64,000 nucleotides of DNA, taken from the human T2T-CHM13v2.0 reference genome, Homo sapiens. Position numbers and translations under genes: made by a program. Positions 42,711 through 55,934 of this stretch are shown here, one piece after another; position 1 is the first letter of the stretch, and the number at the start of each line of letters is the position of its first letter. Where the stretch lies: assembly GCF_009914755.1 (NCBI RefSeq), contig NC_060928.1; one strand, written 5' to 3'. Under the pieces are notes generated by a model, which worked only from the letters and a program-made list of their open reading frames with translations, had not been told where the DNA came from and did not search any database.

Positions 42711-43112
42711 TGCTAATTACTTTTCAAATCAGCCAAACAATCCATGAAGGGAGAAGGAGATCTGGTATGATTTAAGTATATCTGACTTGCCGAATACCCT
42801 GCAGACTGCTGGAGATGCAGTATTCAGACAGTTTCTAGCTTCAGGTATAGAATTGAGAAATAAATTTAATTAAAATGGGATAAAAGTTCACATATTGGGA
42901 GTGAATGTTTTGCTAGGATGAGGTAAGATGAAAACAGAGGAATCAAATAGCTAGTTTTCCTTTACAAAGCAACTGGTGAAATCACAATCACACACCAGGG
43001 ATTCGGCCAGCCAAGTCTTAGGGAAGAGATCTGGAAATGTACCTGCCAAGGTAGCAGATTTCCTTCCTTAAGAATGTCAGGAGACCATTACCACAGGGTG
43101 TCTCAAAGAGCT

Positions 43113-44354
43113 TTCTTTTCTTTTTGTTTTTGTTTCCATGGTTTTGGGGGTAGAGGTGGTGTTTGGCTACATGGATAAGTTCTTTAGTGGTGATTTCTAA
43201 GATTTTGGTGCACCCGTCACCCGAGCAGTGTACACTGCACCCAGTGTGTAGTCTTTTATCCATGACCTCCCTTCCAACCTTCCCCCTGAGGTCCTGAGTC
43301 CACTATGTTATTCTTATGCCTTTGCAATCTCGTAGCTTTAACTCCCACTTATAGATGAGAACATGCAATATTTGGTTTTTCACTCCTGTGTTACTTCACT
43401 TTGAATAATGGCCTCTAGCTCCATCCAAGTTGCTGCAAAAGCCACTATTTCATTCCTTTTTATGGCTGAATAGAATTCCATGGTGTATATACACCACATT
43501 TTCTTTTTCCATTCATTGGTTGATGGGCACTGAGGCCAGTTCCATATCTTTGTAACTGGAAATTATACAGCTGTAAACATGCATGTATTTTTTTGATATA
43601 CTGACTTATTTTCCTCTGGGTAGATACCCAGTAGTGTGATTGCTGGATTGAATGGTAGTTGTATGTTTAGTCTTTTAAGGAATCTTTGTACTGTTTTCCA
43701 TAGTGGTTCTACTAGTTTACATTCCCACCCGCAGTGTAAAGTGTTCCCTTTTCACCACATCCATGCCAACATCTATTGTTTTCTGACTTATTAATTACAG
43801 CCATTCTGCAGGATTAAGGTGGTATCTCATTGTGGTTTTAATTTGCATTTCCTTGACAATTAGTGATGGTGAGCATTTTTTATATGTTCACTGTTTGTAT
43901 ATCTTTTGAGAATTATCTATTCATGTCGTTTGCCATTGTTTGATGGAATTTTTTTTTTCTTGCTGATTTGTTTGAGTTCCTTATAGATTCTTAAAACTAG
44001 TCTTTTGTCAGATGATTTTCTCCTTTTCTCCCACTCTGGGTTATCTGTTTCCTCTGCTGACTATTTCTTTTTCCGTGCAGAAGCTTTTTAGTTTAATTGG
44101 GTCCCATTAGTTTATGTTTGTTTTTGTTGCATTTGCTTTTGTGGTCTTAATCTTGAATTCTTTGCTTAGGGTAATGTCTAGAGAGTTTTTCCAAAGTTAT
44201 CTCAGAATTTTTATGGTTTCAGGTCTTAAATTTAAGTCGTTGATCCATCTTGAGTTATTTTTTGTATAAGGTGAGTGATGAGGATTCAGTTTCATTCTTC
44301 TGCATGTAGCCAGACAGTTATCCTAGCACCGTTTATTGAATAGGGTGTCCTTTC
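43113..44354 (-). mobile_element. L1PB1-like 5'-truncated L1
   Basis: 3' UTR GGATAAGTTCTTTAGTGGTGATTTC...GGTGCACCCGTCACCCGAGCAGTGTACACTGCACCC; ORF2 C-terminal remnants; TSD CTCAAAGAGCTTTCT/CTCAAAAAGTTTTCT. Confidence 0.9.
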
Positions 44355-45068
44355 CTCAAAAAGTTTTCTGCAGAGCACTAGTTCCACCAGATATTTAGTT
44401 TTGAAAGCTTCCGTGATCTGATATGTTTTAGAAATGTATTATAAGCTCTGAAAATCCTTATAGGAAAGATTCTTTTTAACCTTATTTAAACCAGAATCCC
44501 CCAAAGTTACTCAGCTAATACTCCCTGTATTATCTGTTAGCTTTCTGAGGAATTTGCATTCCAGAGGACAGACTTACTGTATTTGTTGGTCAGAATCCTT
44601 TCAAATCCAGATAGCCCTTTTATGCAGGCAGAGATAGTCTGCTTGTTTTATACTTTCCAAGAAGACAAATTGCTTCAGAAATTCCCAAATTCATGGATTC
44701 AGAATCATGCAGTTACCATTGATCCCAGAATAAATCTGTGGATACCGGTGTTCTGTCTTTGGTTTCTGGCCACCTGTGACTTATGACCTTGAATCCATCT
44801 GTTCAGGCTGTATGTCAGAGCTCTGCCTGTTCCCCTTACTCCTGCTGAATTCAGACGAACTGCCTCTCCCAGATTGATCCTGTGGCTGTTTTGTATGTTG
44901 TGACATGGAATAGAAAGGGAAAATACAAACATAACTGTGCACAGAATGTAAGGTGCTTGTATATGTCACCAAGTTTACATGAGTGATCTCAAAGTGAGAG
45001 CTGAAGCCCACAGCAAGAACTGCCACTGTCTGCAGATGAGCACGCCGTTCATCCCTCGTTGTGTAACT

Positions 45069-46366
45069 GCATCCAGCTGCCCATTCCCTCTAAAGTGACG
45101 TCTGTATCACTCCTGCTCGAAAGCATCCAGCTGCCCATTCCCTCTAAAGTGACGTCTGTATCACTCCTGCTCGAAAGCATCCAGCTGTCCATTCCCTCTA
45201 AAGTGACGTCTGTATCACTCCTGCTCAAAAGTGTCCAGCTGCCCATTCCCTCTGAAATGACGTCTGTATCACTTCTGCTCGAAAGTGTCCAGCTGCCCAT
45301 TCCCTCTAAAGTGACGTCTGTATCACTTCTGCTCGAAAGTGTCCAGCTGCCCATTCCCTCTAAAGTGACGTCTGTATCACTTCTGCTCGAAAGTGTCCAG
45401 CTGCCCATTCCCTCTGAAATGACGTCTGTATCACTTCTGCTCGAAAGTGTCCAGCTGCCCATTCCCTCTGAGATGACGTCTGTATCCCTCCTGCTCGAAA
45501 GCATCCAGCTGCCCATTCCCTCTGAAGTGACGTCTGTATCACTCCTGCTCGAAAGCGTCCAGCTGCCCATTCCCTCTAAAGTGACGTCTGTATCACTCCT
45601 GCTCGAAAGTGTCCAGCTGCCCATTCCCTCTAAAGTGACGTCTGTATCACTTCTGCTCGAAAGTGTCCAGCTGCCCATTCCCTCTAAAGTGACGTCTGTA
45701 TCACTCCTGCTCGAAAGCATCCAGCTGCCCATTCCCTCTAAAGTGACGTCTGTATCCCTCCTGCTCGAAAGTGTCCAGCTGCCCATTCCCTCTAAAGTGA
45801 CGTCTGTATCACTCCTGCTCGAAAGTGTCCAGCTGCCCATTCCCTCTAAAGTGACGTCTGTATCACTCCTGCTCGAAAGTGTCCAGCTGCCCATTCCCTC
45901 TGAAGTGACGTCTGTATCACTCCTGCTCGAAAGTGTCCAGCTGCCCATTCCCTCTGAAATGACGTCTGTATCACTCCTGCTCGAAAGTGTCCAGCTGCCC
46001 ATTCCCTCTAAAGTGACGTCTGTATCACTTCTGCTCGAAAGTGTCCAGCTGCCCATTCCCTCTAAAGTGACGTCTGTATCACTTCTGCTCGAAAGTGTCC
46101 AGCTGCCCATTCCCTCTGAAGTGACGTCTGTATCACTCCTGCTCGAAAGTGTCCAGCTGCCCATTCCCTCTGAAGTGACGTCTGTATCACTTCTGCTCGA
46201 AAGTGTCCAGCTGCCCGTTCCCTCTAAAGTGACGTCTGTATCACTTCTGCTCGAAAGTGTCCAGCTGCCCGTTCCCTCTGAAATGACGTCTGTATCACTC
46301 CTGCTCGAAAGCATCCAGCTGCCCATTCCCTCTGAAATGACATCTCCATCACTCCTGCTTGAAAGC
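45069..46366. repeat. Minisatellite (VNTR), 54-bp unit x 24
   Basis: Unit TCCAGCTGCCCATTCCCTCTAAAGTGACGTCTGTATCACTCCTGCTCGAAAGTG; the ORF track shows 24 x 18-aa repeats. Confidence 0.99.
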
Positions 46367-47699
46367 TCTCTCTGACACCTTCAAGGAGGCACAATAAAGG
46401 TATTGCTGACTTGTTCCTTGCTGCTCTAAGAAATAGATTTTACTTGGACCCGAAGATAAGAACAACAACAGCATATAAAGACAATTTCACAATGAAAGAG
46501 AGTCTTCTAATACCCACTCAACTCTATTTGGGCTGATGCTGGGAGAAAATATAAGGGTGGCGGGGGGAGGGGAAGGCAATAAAGCTAAAGGGCCTTTGTG
46601 TGGCTCAAAAGAAATAACTACCTTCAAAACTTTACAGGTTACGTACTCTAGAATTATACAAATTCAACATTAGGCAAATTGTTTTATAAAAATATAATAA
46701 AGGTTTAGGGAAGCATAAAATTTTGCATTACTTTGAAAACAAAGTACTCTGCTGCTGCTGCTCAGACAGTTACTACAGTTCCAAACGGTCGTAGAAGACA
46801 GTGATCAACCAACATAGTCTGGTGTTTTCTTTTCCTGGTGAGTTTTCAGCTCCTCGGCACACGTTACTTCAGGTGCGTGTCTGTGTATGTTAGGTGCCAA
46901 GCCCATAATAAACAATAAATAAGCAATAGTTATTATTATGAAAGCTGCTAAAAATATTCAGATTACTTAGTTACAGTGTGGAGTCTACTTTGAAAAAACA
47001 TGAAACTTTATTCTTATTCAATTTATTATGGAATGTTATCAAGACACTAGTTCTAAAAGTTCAAAGGAACGAAAGCAACACAGCCTTGTATGAAAAGTTG
47101 AACTTTAGTGTTGCAAGACATATTTAGATATCAGACATACAGATTTGTCTTAGTATATCTGAAGTTATTAACAACAATATCTTTAGATTAACTGATTGTT
47201 GCATTATTATTCCAAGCATTTCCATAGATTGACTGCAAGTAGTCTATGTGAATGGATTTTAGGGAAGTGAGAACTCTGATAGTATTTGGTAGCTTGTGTA
47301 ATCTGACTGTATTTGGCATAATAAGGCTTTGAATGCCTCAATTAAAGCAACTGAAATCATAGAGGAGATCATGCTAGACGGGTCATGGTTTAAGAGCTGT
47401 ACTAAGGAGTTTTCTGCCACATTTACGTGGTGAAACACACTTGGACAGCTTTAAGTTGGAGTGCCTTGATGAGATTGGTGAAAATCACTCTAGCATGGTG
47501 CGAGTGGTGGATTAAAGTGGAGGAAGATTGGAGGTCTGCCAACCTAAATTAGAAATGTGTTTTTGGCTTTATTTTATTTAATCAATTTAAAGTAATGAAA
47601 ATTAACAATGTTTATACAAAACCAGAAATTACTAAGCAAAAATTTCACAGACAAGCCTGGTCATTATTTCATTTTTTAAAAAAAGTTTTATCCGATAGA

Positions 47700-48262
47700 A
47701 AATATTGACCTAAATAATAGAAAAACCAACTCAAATGAACTTACATAATAAAGACATGTATTAGCTAAAACGTAGGTTCAGAGATAGAGTAACTCTTGTC
47801 ACGGCATTGCGAGAACATTGATCACTTTTCTTTAATTCTCCTGGCTCTGTCTTTTTCCCTCTATTGATCTCATCTTCATGCTGATGGCAAGATGATCACA
47901 TCCAGATACAGCAGAGGCGGGACTCTCTCTTTCAGTTCTTTTTCTTATAACTGAGAAAATCTTTTTTTCTAGCAGCCTCTGCTTTTGTCTGTCTTAAATC
48001 TTTTCTCAAGTTTCACTCGCCAGAAGTGACTTAGTAAGTTACATGTCTACCTCTCTACAAGCCACTGATCAAAGGAATGGAAATTACAAACATTGGCTTT
48101 GATGAAAAATAATGTATCCATGAGACAGGCACAGGGTGCCACTCCGTGGGCCAGGGACAGGGTGCCATTCTCTGAGGCCCGAGGAACTGAATAAATGGAA
48201 CTCTACTTAGCACAAAAGAAAGGAAGAGATACTGAGTAGGAAAATAACGATGTCTGCTACCT
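47700..48262 (-). mobile_element. Old ERVL/MaLR LTR (LTR33- or MLT1-like)
   Basis: AATAGAAAAACCAACTCAAATGAACTTACATAATAAAG; TCACTCGCCAGAA...TTACATGTCTACC...CCACTGATCAAAGGAATGG; GAGTAGGAAAATAACGATGTCTGCTAC; family uncertain. Confidence 0.5.
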
Positions 48263-48398
48263 ACTGTCACAAAAAGTCAACCAATGAATAGCTAAAGAAC
48301 CACTCTGGAAGGTGCCACACTTCATGTCTGCCACCTACTGTCATGAAAACTCAACCAATGAATAGCTAAAGAGCCACTCTGGAAGATGCTACACTTCA
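48250..48398. repeat. Tandem duplication, 74 bp x 2
   Basis: ATGTCTGC(T/C)ACCTACTGTCA...TCAACCAATGAATAGCTAAAGA...ACACTTC at 48250 and 48324. Confidence 0.92.
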
Positions 48399-48582
48399 CC
48401 TGGAAAAGAACCCTACCCCAGCTACTGCCTCCTGCTGGTTCCCAGACCTCTATTATTGATGGCCTGAGACCATATTTTCCATCATGTCTTTTTGTCTCCA
48501 TAAATTGCATTTATAGTATTAGGAAAGAACCTTTTGCTCCTCCTCCTTTTAAAAATTTTTTATTCTTCCTTTATTTTTCTAA

Positions 48583-48952
<370 letters not shown>

Positions 48953-50484
48953 CAAAGATAGACTTTTTTACAGAAATAATCGAGTGACCGAATATTTTAA
49001 GGATGATATAATGGGAACCATAATGGAAATTTATGGCAGTTTAATATTTTCTCTTATGAGACCTCAGTGGTGTGTAAATGGTGACTAGTAGAATTCTGTA
49101 GGAAACAGGAGCTGACATGTGAACAATCCAGTGTTTTTTTTTCAAATTGCTAAATAAAGATGTGTTTTTCCTCCACTTTTTCTCAATAATCATTTCTACC
49201 CTCAAACCACCACTCCCCATGGTATAAATTCAAAACATGTCCTATCAAGTGGAAAATCGTGAATGATCTTAAAGTCAAGAACATTTATTAAACTTAAAAG
49301 TAAATGTACATAGATATTAAGAACGTTGGTAATACAAATTAATATTTATAATGTTATTTTCAGCAATTGCAAAAGCTGTTCTTGAGTATGCACTAAAAGC
49401 ATTGTAACATACAGAAGTACTTTATTTGATATTTCAGCTTTTACCCTAAAATTATTAAAAAAAATAAAGACAGTTTGGTCCATTAAAATGACACAATAAT
49501 ATCTGGATATAATTTGCATATAAGTTCAGAGGAGGCAACATTAAATTGAACAAAATCAACATCAGGAACAAAATATGATTTGGGGAATTACAGGAGAACT
49601 TAATTGAGAAGAACAACTGTGAAGTGGAAAAGAGAAATGCAGTAGAAAGAGTAAGAGATGAAGGGAGAAGGAGAGGAAGAAATACATGAAGTTTGATTCT
49701 ATGTCTTAACGCGATGTTAATGGTGCCCTAGGACATAAAGCTTGATAACTCCAGGCTTCATTAAATTATCTTTTGTACATCTTGTGGGCAGAGCATAGAA
49801 CATATTGTATGCCTGGGATAAATCAGAGACTCCAACATAAAAATTTGTATTAATACTAAAAACATAAGTAGAGTCCTGTGAAATTATCCATTCCAATCAT
49901 ATTTCTTAATATTCAACTAAAATTCCAGATTGGAAGTGAACGGCCCAGATATCCACAGTGAAAATTAGAAGGAGTGGAAAGAAGAGAAGATGCTGCCTCT
50001 TGTGTCAGTTTCCTAATTAGAATTATGGCCAAATAAAATTATACGAGGAAGCAACTGATTCCAAAGGAGGAAAACGCTAAGTTAAAATATAAGTATACAA
50101 TGGGATCTCGCTATTCATTCAATGTATTATTCATTAGTTAACTCTCTCCGCTTCCTTCTTAGTTAACGTATTCCTCTATGCCTTCAATGGCCACCACCCA
50201 TAGCTCCCACCACATAATGGATTGATCTACTGTGGGATCCTGCCAGCCTTCAAGAGAATTGATATTGAGCTGACAAAGGAGGGAACACTACAAATAGCTG
50301 ATGAAAAGGACCAGTCTCCATGTGATACAACATCACACTCTTTAGATCTGTCTGGATCATTGAAAAAACAGATTTTCCGCTCTGATTTTTAAAATTTAAT
50401 CTTTTCAAATGAATCCATATTACAAATGCTGAATACAACTGACATACATGGTTGACAATTTTTAAAACTTAAAAAATGGAAGAC

Positions 50485-50790
50485 GCCGGGCATGGTGGCT
50501 CACACCTGTAATCCCAGCTCTTTTGGAGGCTGAGGCGAGTTGATCACCTGAGGTCAGGAGTTTGAGACCAGCCTGGCTAACATGGAGAAACCCGGTCTCT
50601 ACTAAAAATACAAAATTAGCCGGGCGTGGTGGCACATGCATGTAATCCCAGCTACTCGGGAGGCTGAGGCAGGAGAATCGCCTTGAACCTGGGAGGCAGA
50701 GGTTGTGGTGAGCCGAGATTGCACCATTGCACTCCAGCCTGGGCAACAAGAGTGAAACTCTGTCTCAAAACAAAGCAAAACAAAACAAAA
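50485..50790 (+). mobile_element. AluSp/Sq-like
   Basis: CATGGAGAAACCC and GGCAACAAGAGTGAAACTC; (CAAAA)n tail. Confidence 0.95.
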
Positions 50791-51700
50791 ATTAAGAAAT
50801 GTTTCAGAACAAAAAATCTGAAAGCATCTTGAAAGAGACTTTTTCCTTTGTCTGAAAGATGGCCATACCTGAAAATATTTGGTCTTCCACAGTATCGGAG
50901 GGATGCTAATTAATTACATTAATGATCACTCTGAAAAGCCGTTGCCACCTAATTTGTGAGCTCATAAAGAAATGAGGTTTTGGGATCTGACTTTTGGTCT
51001 GTTGTAGCAAAAGTGTTTTATTCTTTTACCTGAGGAAGAATACAAATGAGAAGCAAACTAAATGCTAGTTGCCTCTCAGGTAATCCCTGCCTTGAAGTCT
51101 CAGACCATGACCAAAATAAATCACCTAAAATACTCTCAACAAAATGGCAGGAGACCGCTGCCTGGAGGAAAGAGATGACCTACATGCACATCAGACAGGG
51201 CGTAGGACAAACCCAAATGCCACCTAAGTCCAAACCACTTCAGACTAATATGAGGACATTCAGTAAATATGACTTCAGTGTAAAACAAGGATTAGAATTT
51301 ATTTCCTGGTAGACAGAAACCATATTTTCCAACAGGAACTGTATTTTCTCTTGCAGGCAAGACTTGCTTGGATAACTACAAAGCCCTGAACTCTCTCTCA
51401 AGCACAAAATGACTATATACCTGACAGAACATTTCCTCCAGGTGAGGAAATCTGGGCAACCTTATCAGGCAGCCCCGCTTCCATATCATTTATTGTAGTC
51501 GGGCAGATTGGGGCATACAGTACGTGACAGGCCATCAGTTAAATAGAGAGGAGTGTGCTAGCTGGGCAATACTTCAAATCCAAGTAAGCCTGAACCTTAA
51601 AAACCAAACTGCTTCATTTTTCCTGTTCTTGTTTAATCCATTTCAGGTGAAACAAAGCAACATGAACTTCTAGAATGTTCATATTGAAAAACATGAATTG

Positions 51701-52044
<344 letters not shown>

Positions 52045-52352
52045 TCAAATGTGATATGAACCACGACTTTTCTGTGTTGGAATTTCATATTCTCTAGACC
52101 AACATCATAATATTTTTCATTTGCAGAAATTTATCAGATGAGACTTGAAAGATATTTTACGTGCTCACAGCAACTCTCTTAGGAAGGACTGATGCCACTT
52201 GACAGGGCCAGGCAAACGGAGCTGGCCTCCTGGCACTGGAGATTTCAGGGAGTTTAATAAACTCAGCCAGATGTGTAGTTCAAGTATCTTAGCCAAAAGA
52301 GTGGCAGAGCAAATCAAAGGTGGACTCTTAAGCTCAGAAGTCTCTTTCTTAA

Positions 52353-52478
52353 TAAGGGGCCGGTGGAGAGTTACCTGACATTTCCACATGGGGCTAACAC
52401 ATACATCAGGAGCCAGTAAGGGGCCGGTGGAGAATTACCTGACATTTCTTCATGGCTAATACATGCATCAAGAGCCAG
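52353..52478. repeat. Tandem duplication, about 64 bp x 2
   Basis: TAAGGGGCCGGTGGAGA(G/A)TTACCTGACATTTC...CATCA(G/A)GAGCCAG at 52353 and 52417. Confidence 0.9.
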
Positions 52479-52940
52479 AAGCAGGTGGGCAGAAGGTCAC
52501 CTCTCAATACTTTCCATTGTGTCTCATTACAGTCCTTCTGCGTGATAAGATACTATGCTATATTTTGGGTTGAAATATTAAAAGCAAGCATTATGGCCTG
52601 AAATCTATAATAGAAAGAGCAACTAACACAGCTGGAAAGAATCCTACATGAGAGTATAAGAAGGTATAATACTAAGCTTGTTTAAATATGTCCACAGGCT
52701 TTGGGCCCCTATGGGCAAGAGGAACCCTAAGCTGCACACCAAGTACCATCCATCATGAGGAATTCAATGCTTATTGATTCCACTTCTAGAAAATTTGTAA
52801 ACACATATGGCACAGATATGTGCTTCATACATCGATGCCCCAGTAGTTCAATATGATGAGTATATAGAATAATTGCTGTTAGCATTTTGAAAATAATCTT
52901 TATGCATAGAGTACATGACAATGATTTGAAAGTACTGAGG

Positions 52941-53016
52941 AACGTGAGCATTGATGGATTTTGGTATCCACAAGGGCTCCTGGAACCAATCTCCCATGGA
53001 GACTGAAGAACAACTG
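52941..53016. mobile_element. MER2 (Tigger-family) terminal fragment
   Basis: GAGCATTGATGGATTTTGGTATCCAC...CCTGGAACCAATCTCCCATGGAGACTGAAGAACAACTG. Confidence 0.75.
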
Positions 53017-53471
53017 CATTTCATGGAACATTCTTTCAAATAGCGTTACTTTTGACTCATAGTTGCATGTGTTTACATTTTATTTAAATTTTGCTATATG
53101 TTTATCTTCTCATGAGCAGCATAAAAATGTTATCTTTCCTTATGTATAAATTACATAAGCTTATTTTTATACTGAAATTATTATTTTGACAGAATATTTT
53201 ATAAAACAGTAGTTCAGGAAGATGATATAAGCAGAATCCCAGTGACAGCAGGAAAATCCTGACCAGAGGAATCCGAACAAAATCCAAACATATCCGGTTG
53301 GTAAGAAAATAACCTGGAGTTTCTTAAATGAAGCAAAGGAAAAGTGTGTTTATTTTAGTAATAGAAATGGCAAAACAGAAATCTTAAGGTGGTGCAAAAC
53401 TGAGATATCTGTTCACAGGGGCAAAAGGATAGCTCGCAATTCACTGCCGAGACATGGAGTCCAAGGTCCTG

Positions 53472-54142
53472 GATATCTGTTCAGAAGGAATAGGTTAATG
53501 ATATGATTTGAGTCTTTGTCCCCTCCAATCTCGATAGCTATTCGGGAGGAATGGGTTAATGATATGGTTTGACTCTTTGTCCCCTCCAATCTCAATATCT
53601 GTTCAGAAGGAATAGGTTAATGATATGGTTTGAGTATTTGTCCCCTCCAATCTCGATATCTATTCAGAAGGAAGAAGTTAATGATATGGTTTGAGTATTT
53701 GTCCTGTCCAATCTCGATATCCATTCAGAAGGAATAGGTTAATGATATGGTTTGAGTATTTGTCCCGTCCAATCTCGATATCCATTCAGAAGGAATAGGT
53801 TAATGATATGGTTTGAGTATTTGTCCGCTCCAATCTCGATATCTATTCAGAAGGAATAGGTTAATGATATGGTTTGAGTATTTGTCCCCTCCAATCTCGA
53901 TATCTATTCAGAAGGAATAGGTTAATGATATGGTTTGAGTATTTGTCCACTCCAATCTGGATATCTGTTGAGAAGGAATAGGTTAATGATATGGTTTGAG
54001 TATTTGTCCCCTCTAATCTCGATATCTATTCAGAAGGAATAGGTTAATGATATGGTTTGAGTATTTGTCCCCTCCAATCTCGACATCTATTCGGGAGGAA
54101 TGGGTTAATGATATGGTTTGAGTCTTTGTCCCCTCCAATCTC
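53472..54142. repeat. Minisatellite, 61-bp unit x 11, made of 27 bp of flank plus the first 34 bp of the MST LTR
   Basis: Unit GATATCTATTCAGAAGGAATAGGTTAA|TGATATGGTTTGAGTATTTGTCCCCTCCAATCTC; the last unit runs on into the LTR. Confidence 0.97.
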
Positions 54143-54524
54143 ATGTTGAAATGTAATCTCCAGTCTTGGAGGTGGGACCTGATGGGAGGTGTTTGCACCA
54201 TGGGGGTGGGACCCTCATGAATGGCTTCGTGCCATCGCCTTGGTGATGAGTGGGTTCTGCTGTGAGTTCACGTGACATCTGGTTGTTTAAACGTGTGTGG
54301 CACGTCGACCTTCTCTCTCTTGCTCTCACTCTTGCCTTGTGATATGCTGGCTCCCCATTCACCTTCTTCCCTGGGTGGAAGCTTCCTGAGGCCCTCAACT
54401 GAAGCCAAGCAGCTGCTGGTGCTATGTTTGTACAATCTGCAGAACCACATGCCAATTAAACCTCTTTTCTTTATAAATTACCCAGCCTTGGGGATTTTGT
54501 ATGACAATGCGAATGGACTGACAC
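54109..54524 (+). mobile_element. MST (MSTA/MSTB-like) solo LTR (ERVL-MaLR)
   Basis: TGATATGGTTTG...TCTCATGTTGAAATGTAATC...CCCTCATGAATGGCTT...CCAATTAAACCTCTTTTCTTTATAAATTACCCAG...GGACTGACACA. Confidence 0.92.
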
Positions 54525-55737
54525 ATTTAGAAGGCAATAAATAGCAAGCAAGAAAGACAGAACTGCAGCCTCAGGGTAGTATCATGGCTACCATTAAGGA
54601 GCTGTGCTCTTAAGCTTGGAATCCATAAGTAGAAATCCAGTTATTGCTGAAACAGGAAAATTAAGAAGTTGGGTACAGAGTAGACTATAAGAGTTACAGA
54701 AAAGCTAGAATAAAAGAAAATAATTAATTAGAATAAATAGGAAACAGGGGCAAGAACTAGGCTTCTATCATACTAAGTTCAGAGTGGGACCAAATGAAAT
54801 TACTTCAGTGCAAATCATTTCAATGCAAATCAAATAAACACCTGCTGTCTTCCTATATCCCTCCTGCTATAAGGCAAGGCAAACCTCAAACCGCATCTTC
54901 AGATAGTCCTGCTCACTGAAGTCAGAATGTTGGTAACATTTTACTGCTAACACAGAAAAACACAGGCATGAGAAGCCCAGTCAGGGTGATATACATATGT
55001 TGTAACTCAGAAATCAATTCTTTTTTTTTTTGTCATATGTTCATAGTTGCAGAGATACAGACTACATTTTCCAGTCTTTTGTAATGAATATGCCAATATG
55101 ACTAGACTCAGGCTAATTAGATGTAAGAGGCAGTGATTTGCAAAAAGTCTCTATTTATCCCCAACTTAAGTCAAACTTTTATATCTACTGAGGTATTATA
55201 AGAGAGTTATTTTACTGAGGAGTCCAAAAGATGTTGACCTTGGAGGATTTATACATTTTTTATTGTTTCTAAAATATCTGACTGTTTTACTCTAATAACC
55301 AAATAATAATAATAAAGACAGTAATAATAAATGCATATTAAGAATTCTTCTATTCTGGTTTTTCTAAAGCTTAATAATAAAATACAGAGTTAGACTGTGG
55401 TTTTGGATCACAAAACTTCACTTTCTGTTAACAGTAATATATTTTCTATTCAAAGAGCAGATATCTGCAAATCTTACTAATTCAAATTAAAGCACTTTAA
55501 AAGAATCTCACTGTTCAGATGCAGCACAGAAGGAATCTGAGCAGTCACAATACATGACAAAATAATTTTGACAAAAATTTTAAAAATTATTCATGAACAG
55601 CCCTAACAATTTTAGATATTATTGACTTCTAAAACCATGAACTCATGTTGCAAATATATTCATTAGATTTAAAAATTTTTCTCTCGTTTACTATATACTA
55701 CATGCTATTCCACTACTTTATGTGGTAGGGAAAATTG

Positions 55738-55927
55738 TTTAACCTGCAGCTCACAGGCCACATGCGGCCCAGGACAGCTTTGAATGCAGCCCAACACAAA
55801 TTCATAAACTTTTTAAAAACATTATGAGATTTTTTAATGTGCTTTTAAAGCTTATCAGCTATTGTTAGTGTATTTTTGTGTGACCCAAGGCAATTCTTCT
55901 TCTTTCAGTGTGGCCCAGGGAAGCCAC
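55738..55927. mobile_element. MER30 (hAT-Charlie)
   Basis: GGCCACATGCGGCCCAGGACAGCTTTGAATGCAGCCCAACACAAATTCATAAACTT...GTGTGGCCCAGGGAAGCCA. Confidence 0.85.
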
Positions 55928-55934
55928 AGTGTAT

